In this document: positions 23,882 through 35,992 of the stretch, in pieces
Numbering within the stretch: position 1 is the first letter of the stretch
Layout: the number at the start of each line of letters is the position of its first letter
Assembly (NCBI RefSeq): GCF_002113885.1
Contig: NW_018403913.1
Span: 574,490-638,489 of the forward strand
Source: Mizuhopecten yessoensis
Lineage: Eukaryota
Direction of reading: 5' to 3'
Length of the DNA stretch: 64,000 bases
Program-made: the position numbers and the translations under genes
The notes under the pieces: model-generated
Told to the model about the DNA's origin: nothing
Database searches by the model: none
The model's input: the letters and a program-made list of their open reading frames with translations, nothing else

Positions 23882-25841
23882 TCGAAAAAGGAACTGATCG
23901 AAAGTTTTATCAACGCTTTGTGTTAACTAGTTGAGTACAGTTCCGTGCTAGCTATCGCGTCATCGATATCATATTTTCTTAATGGTGTATATACCTACAA
24001 GTTAAGTTAAGATTTTAATCGGTATCATATGTAAATTATTTTAGTTTACTCTTTTAGTATAATTGCCTTTTGTTCGGCAGATCCATGTGTAGGAAACTGT
24101 TTTGGAAGCATAAAAATGCGCGAAATTGCGTGACCTCAGATGATTTCAGTGAATGGAGAAAATGACGGAGAAAATGACAATGATCTGGCGTCAATAAAGA
24201 TGTGGAAGACTTTTTGTTTTTGTTTATACTAAGTCGTTGTTTCTGTTTGGTATTTAGCAATAAAGTAGTATATACTTAGTCAGTGGTCTGTATGTTATGT
24301 AGTAATAAAGTGTTGTTTTCTAAGTCAGTGTGCTGTATGCTATGTAGTAATAAAGTATTATATACTTAGTATTCATGCATGATTGTGTGATGGAGGCGGT
24401 ATTTTGGTGTATTTGCTCCGTCGTGACTCTCTGAAAAAAACACGTGCCAAAGGCACCCAGCACGATATATCTCCCGGTCGGATTATTAGAGCAATATGTA
24501 TGATGCTTCAATAAAAGCGATTTTGTTACAGGCATGACATTGCATTCATACATGTATAATAAACATTCAATGAACGCAACACACACATGTGGTTGCACTT
24601 GACATAAAACTCCTTAATTTGTTAATTAGAGGAGTACTGGTTAATTTCAAATTAGTAAAGTGTGTTTATAATGAAACATGCTACTACTCGTAGGAGATTA
24701 CTGACAATGAAAACTGACAATCCCTTTAAATAGGAGCAACATGTATAAAGCGTCTTGTTTTGTCATGCATGGCTAGATACCATGTTTATGGCTTTAAAGC
24801 CCTCTATCGCGTATATAATTACATAAATACACCGAGTTCATACATGTTCCGGAGTTATACCTGTTGTGTACCTGTTTGAAATCCAAACCAGGAAGTGTTC
24901 TTGGTCAACCGTCTCATAACAGATCAAGTACAATAACATTTTGTCATTGATCTCCGTTTGTGGTGGATGTATTGATACTGTACCATTATCATTCTGACAA
25001 GAAAGTGGACGAACATAAAGTTTTAGGGTGTCGTGTGTTTATAAAACTATCTATACAAGGTAAGATGTCCCCGAAATTCTATTTTCACCTGAGCTTCGGA
25101 TGTATACAGATATTATGCTATTCTGTTCCATATTTGATCCTACACAACATACTTACATTTACATAATATTTAACATGATAATTTGCTCGCGTATTTGAAG
25201 CTTAACGCAGGAAAAAGTTACATGTAACCTGCGTAAGTAGATTTTATTGGCAACAGCTGTCAGAATACAGTAAAGGGGATCCAATTACAAATATCTGTAC
25301 TCAAAATTATATGCGGTAATATTGTTCTACAGAACAATATTTGATCGGCTAACGTTTTAATACATGTTTGCTAATTCAGGTGTGTTCATATATGATTATT
25401 ATGTGATTATATTTACATCTCACCTATAAAAGCGATTTCTACCTCTAAAAGTTGATATTTCACAACTTGTAGTATGGCTTCCTTTTCAAGCCAGTGCAGG
25501 TGTTTTAATAGTGCTGGTGGCAAACTTTGCAAACACAACACTAACATGTCTGCCTGAACACCGTTTTTTATCACAAAACTATCCGATTTCGGTCACACAA
25601 AAAGGTAATGTGGAGGTCATAGCCAGGGAGACATGGGCTCCCCAACACGATAAATACATGTCCGGGCTTTCAGGTATTGATGTTTGTACCCAGTTCGTAA
25701 TCGTCCAACCGAGTAACCGATTAACTATTGACAACCACTCTAATAAAAATACTGCTTTATAGATATATGACGCCATATTACATGTATTTATTACTAGATT
25801 TACGATTCAAATATATATATGCTTTTCTTTCAGACTACAAC

Positions 25842-28456
25842 ATGGTTTTGAGATTTTGTGTCGTCAATCTGGCTATCATCCATCTTGTTTGCTGTCGACC
25901 TTGCAGTATATCTGATGATGGAAAGACAGCAAATTGTTCCAATCGACACTTAACCCAAATTCCAAAACTATCCAGACATACTGAGTATTTAGATCTCTCG
26001 GGAAACAACTTCACTACTTTGAGAAATTCTTCTTTTGAACATCTTCCTCAACTGAAAAAATTAAATTTAAACAGATGTCATGTCGATCACATTGACGAAC
26101 AAGTGTTTGCGGTCCTTGGAAACTTGCAGAAATTATCCATAAGTGAGAACAGAATTAATATTTTACACCAAAGATTCGAACACCTACGGTTTCACTACAA
26201 CCCCTTACTGACACATCTAGATTTATCCTACAATACCCAGGTAAGGCTACAGAAGATGGTAGAAAGTGTGTATCCTGACAAGGTATTCGGATCACTGATA
26301 AATCTTCAAGTACTCATCATGGACCTTCTACCAAATCCGGTGTTCGGTGAAGGTTTCAGCAATCTGACGAATATCAAATCATTGATTTTCAGGGATTGTG
26401 CAATATTACATCTGAGGAATGATACATTCAAATATTTCCAGAACTTAACAAACTTGACGTCCTTAGAGATGTCGAATTGTCAGGTTCACATCGAACCGTG
26501 GGTAAAAGTTGAGACAGCGGTCCTTCAATACTTCTATAATTTGCAAAATCTTGATCTCTCAGGAACAATGATAACATTTCCTGTTGCCATGGATATTTTG
26601 TATGGACTTACGGTTACAACAAATTCTACTCATCCTGTAAGGGAAATGAAACTTTTAAACTTATATAATGTGAATCCATTGCGCATGTTATGGATATATG
26701 ACGTTACTTATACGGTAAAAGTTACCACAACCATGACTAGGTACTACAATCACTTATGCATCGAGGATGTAAACATTGGTAAAAATGGAATTACAGAAAT
26801 GGAGGTAAACTCAGTAACAAGCTTTATAAACAGTACATGCTTAAAACGTTTTGTGCTTCGTGAAAATAATTTCCTATTGACCTTTCCAAAATTTTTGTTT
26901 GTTATTGTAAGTTCTCTTACACATGCTGTGAATCTACAGGAATTTGATTATTCATTTATAGCAATACAGTTCCCAGGTGCGGTCGGAAATCAAGTCTCGA
27001 ACATAGGTTCGAATGAAAACAATAAAAACCTGGCTCATCTTATTTTTCATCCGCAAACAACACGACATTTTTGGCGAAAAAGAAGAGGAAAAGAAGAGGC
27101 AAGATGTGAAATTCCAATAACATCAAAACATCTTAGTCATGTTCGATCATCACACCTGCTGTTCCCGTTTTCAGTACAATGCGATTTTGATGTGTCGCAG
27201 TCGCCAATGTTGACTTATATTGACATGTCATACATGGCTATTGCTGATATGGACTTCAGTTTTCTCGGGGCAAATCTCTCGTACTTTGACGTCTCCGGAT
27301 TGGATTTTGGAACTTCAGGTAGCAGGCTTTTAGGTAATCTTGTAAGTGTCCAAACATTAGTGATCCGTGACGCAAACCTTGATAGAGCGTTTAGCAACGG
27401 TAATTATATTTTCAGAAATGTGAACCGCATAGACGAACTGGATATGTCCTCAAACCATCTGAACAGCTTACCAAATGAAACACTCAAAGGCCTCGAAACT
27501 TTTCATAAAATAAAATTGGCCTGGAATTTCCTGAAAGAATTTCCTCCTGGGTTATATCAGATGACTAACTTATCGTATATTGATTTAAGATATAATCAAT
27601 TGTTATTTTTAGATAAGATTACGACAGACTGGTTGGATGAAAGGGCCGATATGTCTAAATCTGGCATTACTGTGTTATTGGATGGTAATCGTTTTGCATG
27701 TACATGTGATTCAGCAGATTTTGTTTCCTGGATTATGGTGACAAACGTAACCTTACACCAAAGAAAACCTGCAAACTACAATTGCACTTTAAAGGACGGT
27801 ACCTATTCTAATATGAAATACATCTACGATAATCGGGACGATTTTTTCAGTAATTGTGACGATCATCTTTTCTGGTTAGAATTTTCTATATCGGCAATAA
27901 GTTTAGTAGTTTTGGCTCTAGTGTGCGCTACAATTGGACACACTTTCAGGTGGAGATTACTCTACTTCTTTTACAGGAAATGTAAAATCACACCCGGCTT
28001 GGAGGACACCACTTCGTACAGTTTGATCTTTTTGTTGCATACGATGCAGCAGATTCTCCGTGGATCTGGCAACAGTTGAGACCTAAACTAGAGCTTCAAC
28101 ATAACATACATTTGTGTTTACATGAGCGCGACTTTGAAGTCGGTGAATCTATTTCTCAGAACATTGTCAATTGTTTACAAAAAAGCAAGAAGATATTATT
28201 TGTGATATCAACAGAGTATATTGCTGCAAGATGGTTCGACTTTGAACTTGAAATGGCTAATATGGAAAGGGTACAGCGAGGGTGTACCAACTCCATCATT
28301 GTAGCAATAAAAGGAGAAATCCCAGCAGATCACATGCCTCGTCCTATCAGAAACATCTGGCAACACGTCACCAGCATCATGTATCCAATTGATGAGACAG
28401 ATAGGGACGCTTTTGAACTGTTCTGGTGTCGAATACGTCATAGTGTTACTTCATAA
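25842..28456 (+). CDS. Toll-like receptor (LRR-LRRCT-TM-TIR), frameshifted between TM and TIR (27986-28021)
   Basis: Acceptor ending 25833, ATG 25842, signal peptide, LRRNT, LxxLxLxxN repeats, LRRCT GNRFACTC, TM, then TIR in another frame (FDLFVAY, LCLHERDF, W..FEL, FW). Confidence 0.92.
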
Positions 28457-28704
28457 ACATTGCGTCATAGCACAATTCAACACGCGTAAACCTTTTAAAA
28501 TGTACAAATAGTAGTTTCAGCGTATGAATGGTAAAATGATGTGTGACAAACAAAATTATAGACCGCTCACCATTTTACCGTGCATAACTTGAAAGATCGA
28601 TGTGTGATCAGCTGACATCATATATTAGTAATATTTCTAATCCCACCCTATATCAGCCTTCCGATCAGGATTTGGATGTCGGTCTGCTTTGCTAAGACTT
28701 GTCG

Positions 28705-29650
28705 AGGACTGGCATAAGGCCCTGGACAACCATGAATATGTCGCTGCCATATTGATGGATTTGTCCAAGGCTTCTGATTGTGTTCCTCACAGCCTGCTGG
28801 TCCGGAAGCTGGAGGCCTATGGTCTGATCAGTTGCTCTATAGACATGGTGTGTCCAGCTACCTGAGCAGCAGGATACAGCAGGTGAGACTAGGCTCCAAA
28901 TGAGGCGACTGGCTGGAGGTGCTGCAGGGAGTACCGCAAGGATCTATACTGGGTCCTCTTCTTTTTAACATTTTTATAAATGACATGTTTTTATATGTAA
29001 AGTCATCAAAACTGTACAATTACGCTGATGACACTAACAGAGACCCTCAGTTTTTAAAATCAAATGTAGAAAAAGATTGTGTACATTTAATGGAATGGTT
29101 TGAATCAAATCATATGAGGGCAAATCCTGACAAATTTCAAGTCATATGCTTAGAGAAGAGATCTGTTGATATTTTTAAATCTTTTAAATTCGGAAATATA
29201 AACATGGAGCTTGAACCAGAAGTTAAACTCCTCGGAGTACATTTTCACTCAAATGTTAATTACTGGCCTCTAGTTTGGCATTTCACCTGTATGAGAAGTA
29301 TTAAGAAACTTGAAAAGATACAAAAGCGTGCCCTTCGTTTTATCCACAATGATTAAGTCTCCTCTTTCACAGAACTTTTTATGTTGTCAAATGCAGATTG
29401 TTTACATGCAAGTTTTTAAAAATCTGAATAAACTTTCTCCTGAATACATCCACGATGTGATAAAACTAAACTCCACAAATTATAATCTTAGACATGCTAA
29501 AGCAGCAGAGGTACCTAGGGTTAGACCACTTCAGTATGGACAGAAATGATTTACTTTTGAGGCTGCTAGGATGTGGAACACTCTACCAAATGAGGTCCGG
29601 AGGGTAGACAACTTTCCGAGATTCAGGAGATTGATCTGTGGCACCTCTGC
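28705..29650 (+). mobile_element. Decayed, internally deleted CR1/L2-type LINE RT
   Basis: AAILMDLSKA.DCVPH, GVPQGSILGPLLFNIFINDM, YADD, KLEKIQKRALR, WNTLP. Confidence 0.88.
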
Positions 29651-30446
29651 TGACTGACTTTTGTACTCAAAATTGGGTGCAACATTTTTAGGTAAACAGA
29701 CTGTGAGATAAATTTCTGCGCTTAATAGAATATGTCATTTAAATAATCAAATTATACTATATGTTACTGTTAGTTTTCTCTCGTAATCATCTTCCTCTTC
29801 ACTACATGAAATGCTGTTTTAATCCACACTATGTTAAGTGTATATCATGTCAAGTTTCACCCTTTGCTATATTAGCATATATGTATAATACACCTGTACA
29901 GATGTACAGATAGTGTTTTAACATTCATGGTAGTAGCACATCGTTCATTTATGTGTGTCAATTCGTTGAATTTTATATAAATAAATGTCAAGCCTTGTGA
30001 TGATATAATTTTTTGTTTATCTCATCTTACATGTGACACTTCAGTATATTTTTTTCTGTATATGTATAACTCATTACTACTATTACACTATGTCATTGTT
30101 ATTTTATATACATGTGTTTGTCGATGTTGATATGTATGCGACTTTAAATAAAGCTTTTTGTGTCTTGTATCCTGTATCTTGTTTCTTGTATCGACGACAT
30201 CCGCATTGTACATCTAGGTCAAATTCAAGAAATGTTGCGTCCTCGTACCAAAAACTCGGGTTGCGACGACAAAACAATGACACTCAGGAACATCCATTTT
30301 ATTAGATTTAGGAACCAATAATTCAAACAAAAAAACTAGGAAGGCATCCATTTGCTCCCATGGACAAGTCATATACGGTAGTATTTCTGGTTTTACTAGA
30401 AATTGTTATGGTTTCTGTTTAAATGAGTATTAATTTTCATGGATTA

Positions 30447-30630
30447 AGGGTGACTGGATGGCGCAGACTGTAGATAGTGCACTCGCCCCTCCCCGATCAT
30501 AAGCGATGAGGCTTTTTGGGTCACCTGTCCGACCACGTTCAATATCTTAGGATACTTTGGTTTCCTTCTACATAAACACCTTACGCGCGCTTTCGTCTGG
30601 GCCAGCAAGAGTGATTAAAATAAGTTTGGA
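30447..30630 (+). mobile_element. Degenerate tRNA-derived V-type SINE
   Basis: A-box-like head TGGCGCAG, degenerate V-like GGATACTTTGGTTTCCTTC, tail AAGAGTGATTAAAATAAGTT. Confidence 0.45.
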
Positions 30631-33600
30631 AAAAACTAAAGTGTAAACAAAACCAGAAATTGAACTCAAATTCGTTAAACTATGACAATATGAATAATGA
30701 ATGTTAATGAAAATGTTCGAAGGCATTCCACATAGTGCAAAATATTCAAATTGTCAATGATTACGTTGTTTGATAAAATATTCACATTATTTAAATAGGT
30801 AATAAGGTACAAAAATAAATAGAAGTTGATTAAAAACCATGTCTAGTAGAGTTCATAGCATCTACCTGTAAACCCCTTGTGCTTACCTGTGTTAAATGTT
30901 TTTTACGTTTATATCATGATAATGGAAAAAATAGACAAACACGGAATAAACAATTTTGATTTTTTCTTTCTTTTTTTTTAATATGAATTTCTTTTATTGA
31001 GCAAGAGTTATTTAGCAATCGTTTCGTTTTAATTCAGGTAGGGCTCTTTTTTTTACCAAAAGGTTGTTTAACGAATAGTGGACTGTTGACCCAAAGTATA
31101 AAACACTTTAAGTTTTTCTTTAATAGATTAATGTAATATTTAGAGTATATACTCATGAATAAAATGCAAAAAAGGAATTTATAAAAATATGATGTATACA
31201 TGATATATTTACAAACACTTACATTGAAATTAAGGAATGAAAACAAATGTAAAACACAGCATCAAATGGATTGTTCATTTAAATTGATAAATAATCTGTC
31301 TGGAGACAGACATTGGTATCATGTTTTTGTGACTTCTGATTTATAGGTATCATTGAGTATACAAACAACACCCAGGTGCGCGCCATCGAAGTTTAAACAT
31401 CGCTGACTAAGTTATATTTACTCTGCCCTCCAGTGCATTATACAAACACACTACAAGGAAGAGAACGATTCCTTCCTTTAAAAACAATATAAATTGATAA
31501 AGAAGAAGTATTTATATTTATTTTTTAGGTTCAAAGACAAAAGTTCTTCATATGCATAAAATGGAGGGGCTGTTTTTCCCAATTATGTTGTACAATGTAT
31601 TATTACAACATACATCTTTTTTTAAATTTTCGGTTTTTGTCTTTTTTGGTGATCAATAAGAATCCCATTCCACAACAGAGGGTAACATTCTTTACAAAAC
31701 TGTTGTTCTTGGTGCATATTTCGATATACGTCTGTATGACCAGCGAACGGGTAGAAGGAGGAAGTTCTGTATTCTACAGGAATACGCTTGGAACGATAAC
31801 ATGTGTTATCTCCAAGTGGTGTTTACCTAAAGTGCACTTGGTGACATGTTACTAAAAAGCTCAGGTTGGGGATATATAGGGTAATAAATGTATTGACCAG
31901 TAAACTTACAACTGTGTACACGATATGGAGTGTGTGTTTCAGATCCTTGTCGGTACAGTCACGATGACATAGCTGACTCCCACAGTACTTGTAAGCATTG
32001 TCTAAGTGATACGGTTCGAGGACTAAGTATAGCAAATTAACTTATCTGATATGGGGCCCTTCCGTCATATAGATATCTTGAAGTGACAGTGATGGGCCGC
32101 GGAACTCATTTGGAGAGGTTCCCAAAATGTCTGGAGGTGTTTTAAATTAAGATAAATATGTGAAAACAGATTTTTAAAGGAAAATGACAGGCTGTGTATG
32201 GATGTTTTGTGTCCTTGAACCCCCCATTAGACCCGTCACAATGTAGGGGGTGAAGCTTGGTTATCTAAAAATATCTGTTTAATAGATTTGGTAGATTGAT
32301 GATTGTTATCTTTTGTAGGACCCCATTGTTCAAATTCATTGGTGATTTGACACGGCACTTCTCGCCGATCTCCGGGCAATGGCTTGAAACATTGTCAGCT
32401 CACTAAATGTATTTCTAGTACACACGTTTCGTAAGGACTTAAAAATGTTTAAATTCGATATTCTAATAAACTGAATTATAATAAAGAGGGACAAAATATT
32501 CACATAGATATACAGTCAACAAGCTAACTAGGAGCCCAGTGTGTAGTGACCCAACGGCGTTACTTGATAAACTTACTAGACTACGAATAAGCATACCGAA
32601 TAGTATTGCAAAGTCACATATACCCTTAATAGGTGTACATTTAGCATTTACATTATGAACGACCGTCAACTTACCAAATCAGGGGATGACTATTCATGAT
32701 AGCTTTTCGAGTGAACTTCGTTTAAGTCTTCCCTAGCTTTGTTTCGAAGACTTTCCTCGACAACATGCAAGAATATTGATGCATCAAAATATGCTGCAAA
32801 ACATCCACTTGAAGATCGGATTTTAACAATTATAACCTTAAGAGTTGAGTCTTCACTTCATTCGTTTGGAGCGCGAAGTAATGACATGCTTACTTGCTCT
32901 CTATGACCACCCAATACTCTGTTAAGGTATTAGGTTTGTGTCGCCATTTCTCAGTAGAATTTCTTCAAATTTTGTAGTTATATTGCTTTAAAGTAAAGAA
33001 AAATTTCTGCCACAAACAAATATAGGTTGTCTGAATTTTAAGGATTTTAAATGGAAATTTATGTAAAAAGGATTGAATTTTGAAAAGAAATGAAAGACAC
33101 ATTTTTTGGCAAAATAATGTCAATAAAAATGATACTGCCATAGATTAGTATTGCATTAATGTATATTAATTTAATAAATGCTGAAATTGTGTAAAATGAA
33201 TTATCTATAAACGATTAAAAATTGACATTTTATAATATAACCATATACACATAGTAATTGAAGGTAAGAGTTATCTTTCTTGTTCTGTCAACAATAAACA
33301 TACAATTTTCATCACAACTCTATACTCATTAGAATATTCGTAAATTGTGATACTGTCTCCCGACATTGAATTTTAAACTAGGGATGTACTTCCTATTTTC
33401 GTTTATCAATACACTCATTCGACCTTAATTAAACTCTCAAGCATTGATGAGAGCTTGCTCGCTGTATTGCAAGAAACATGACAAACCTTCGCTAGAAATG
33501 TGGTAAAATATTCTGAAAAACACATTTGGACATGTTTCTGCTCATATTAGTATATATGTGAACATAGTTGGATTTTGACATGTACAATTGAAGTAATTCA

Positions 33601-34924
33601 GCATAGAAAATTACATGTTTATCAATACAATACTTGGCACACTCGATATAAAACGGGGATTCTGACACACCTCGTATGCAAATGTAATGACAATGTTTCA
33701 CAAAATCGACAAATATGGTCTCCACATGACACTCCAACCCCTCCGTTGTCCAAGGGTGGATACACGCTATAAATAGCAATACACTTCCATATCTTTCTAT
33801 CTGTAAGAAACCCCTACTCGTCCTTAACCGAATGAATCCCCGCTTAAAGTCTCTATTTTACATCTTAACGATTGCACTCCTTCACTCGACAGAAGAAACA
33901 CTACGTACACATCATCTACAGTGAAATCACTCTTATACTATAGACATAAAACACGTACAAACACATTCTCAAGGCCTTTCTCCGTCAATGTTTTGGTTAC
34001 ATGTGGGGTCATTTTAGTTTTGCATCCACTTAATTCGAATTCGCTTATTTATTTAATCGGTCAGAAGCGTCTGTGTATCGGATTAGAATCACCTGCAGTG
34101 ATATCTACAAGTATGTCTTTTTCATATGAAGTGAATCTTTGACTGGAGGTGTTGTTGATCCTACCTATAAGGCCGGAGCCAAGCTCCTTCCTACAGAGAC
34201 GTACTTAACATGTACTTAAATTTGGATGCAAGTTTATTTGTTTCTATGGGTTTTTTGTTTCCGTCTGCGCATCCCTTGAAGTAGCTTTCGGCACACAACA
34301 CTTACCGCTATTAGGGCTAAATGATATACATATGAGATATAGACATTCCATTTGAATTCGATATGTGCCCTGTTATAACGGTCGTGTCATGTACCACCTT
34401 AATACAAATGCAGATTTTATGTTAAATTACACCTTTGGACAGACGTTTATGTCAACATTTAATTATTTTTGTATACGTTTAAAAATATTAGCAGATGCGT
34501 AGTACAAAAACATGCGTATATTTCTATTTTGGAATATTTTAGCATATTTATACCGAAAGTGTGTCATGTGTCCCGCTATAAAAGCGACATTTGTTGCAAA
34601 TGTTTGAACGGGATAGTTGGTGGTTATGGAAACACTATGGTGGCTTATATATGACATTTCGTCTCTTCGCTTTGCGGCCCGCGAAATGACACCAAGCGTC
34701 AAAACGAAATAACGAAAATACGAAAGGTCGCCAAGGCGAAATAAAGAAACAACCGCTATACACATACATGTACACATATATAAAATGTCCAGATTAGCAG
34801 ATGTAAACCAATCTGGAAACAATCCTCTTCGTCGTGTAAATTGCTTACAAAAAGTGAAGCAATTTATTTGTTTTGTCTTTGTAAGTATAAACACTACAAT
34901 ATTATTGTGACTAAGATAATGGTC

Positions 34925-34990
34925 GGACTTTCCGCGGATTGGCGCGTGCAACGCAAATTGCTTACAGATGCCGAAATCTCGCGAGATACG
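34925..34990 (+). promoter_or_regulatory. CpG-enriched promoter of the CaaX-protein gene
   Basis: ATTGG (reverse CCAAT) overlapping TGGCGCG, and palindromic TCTCGCGAGA at 34977-34986, just upstream of exon 1. Confidence 0.55.
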
Positions 34991-34997
34991 ATGAAGT

Positions 34998-35088
34998 ATG
35001 AATGAGATCCGAGTGACCGGCCTACTGCTGGAGAGATACAACACACGGTTTCAGGGACTTCTTCACAAACTTATCAGACCGGCTGCAG
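34998..35088 (+). CDS. Uncharacterised CaaX-box protein, putative exon 1
   Basis: MNEIRVTGLLLERYNTRFQGLLHKLIRPAA; donor CAG|GTACGT phase 1, in frame with next exon. Confidence 0.5.
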
Positions 35089-35992
35089 GTACGTCCGTCA
35101 TTTCCCCCACCCTGATCAGTTCATGTTAATACCCAAGTTAGACTTTCTAGATATGTTATTTTCAGCATAGAATTTCTAAGACGAAGTTATCGTTATCGGA
35201 TGAGTAATGTTAGAAGCGTTTATGATCCATCAGTAGGTTGCTAGATACCACGCCGTCCTTTACCAAGTTTGGGAATTTCAAAATCCTTACGTTGCCTATT
35301 GGTAATACATCTGAGGATATTTTTATCATTTAAATCATCACGTTGGTAACAAATAATACAGCGGCTTGAATGTATATAATAAAGCAAAGGCAAATTAAAA
35401 AATGGTATTGCTTAACTTAATATGAAATTTCGTGCTAGCCATATCATCACGAATGTAATCGGTATGGAAAGGGATTTTTGAATTATGTATTAGTTAGGAG
35501 ACATGATAATCTATGTTACTAATCGTTGATAATTTGGCTATTATAATGATCTATCGGCATGGTGTGATGAGTCAATTATTTCCCCGTTGGTGCCTCCTTA
35601 CACGTGCATGCCATGCTGCCTGCGCCCGTCAGTTATGTATGACTGTGTAAGTGTAGTCCCGCTCCCATCAGTAAAACTATTGTGTGTGAATGTGTGTGTG
35701 TGTGTGTGCATCCCTCTTTGTCAGATGCATTATCTCTCTAAGTGCCCCCCCCCCCTTCCCTCCTTTATCTCGGCACTCTAACCCCTACCATCTTCGTCAG
35801 CAGACTGATACTGAACGTATAAACATATACGTTAACTCTCATTTTCACCCCTTACTCTAACCACGAATCTTGCATTTGTCCTTCTCCGTCTTTTCCCAAC
35901 CAACATCGAGATTAAATCCCGTCCCCCTTCCCCGCTGATATAACAAGTCCCTCCCACATAAAACCTTCTATACTCCCAAGATCCCAAGACCN

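Noticed and set aside
25728-25841. N-terminal extension of the TLR ORF
   Set aside because: Lies largely upstream of the acceptor ending at 25833; the signal peptide begins at ATG 25842
31690-32080. Possible snRNA or integrase remnant
   Set aside because: Only a few matching bases; no consistent motif
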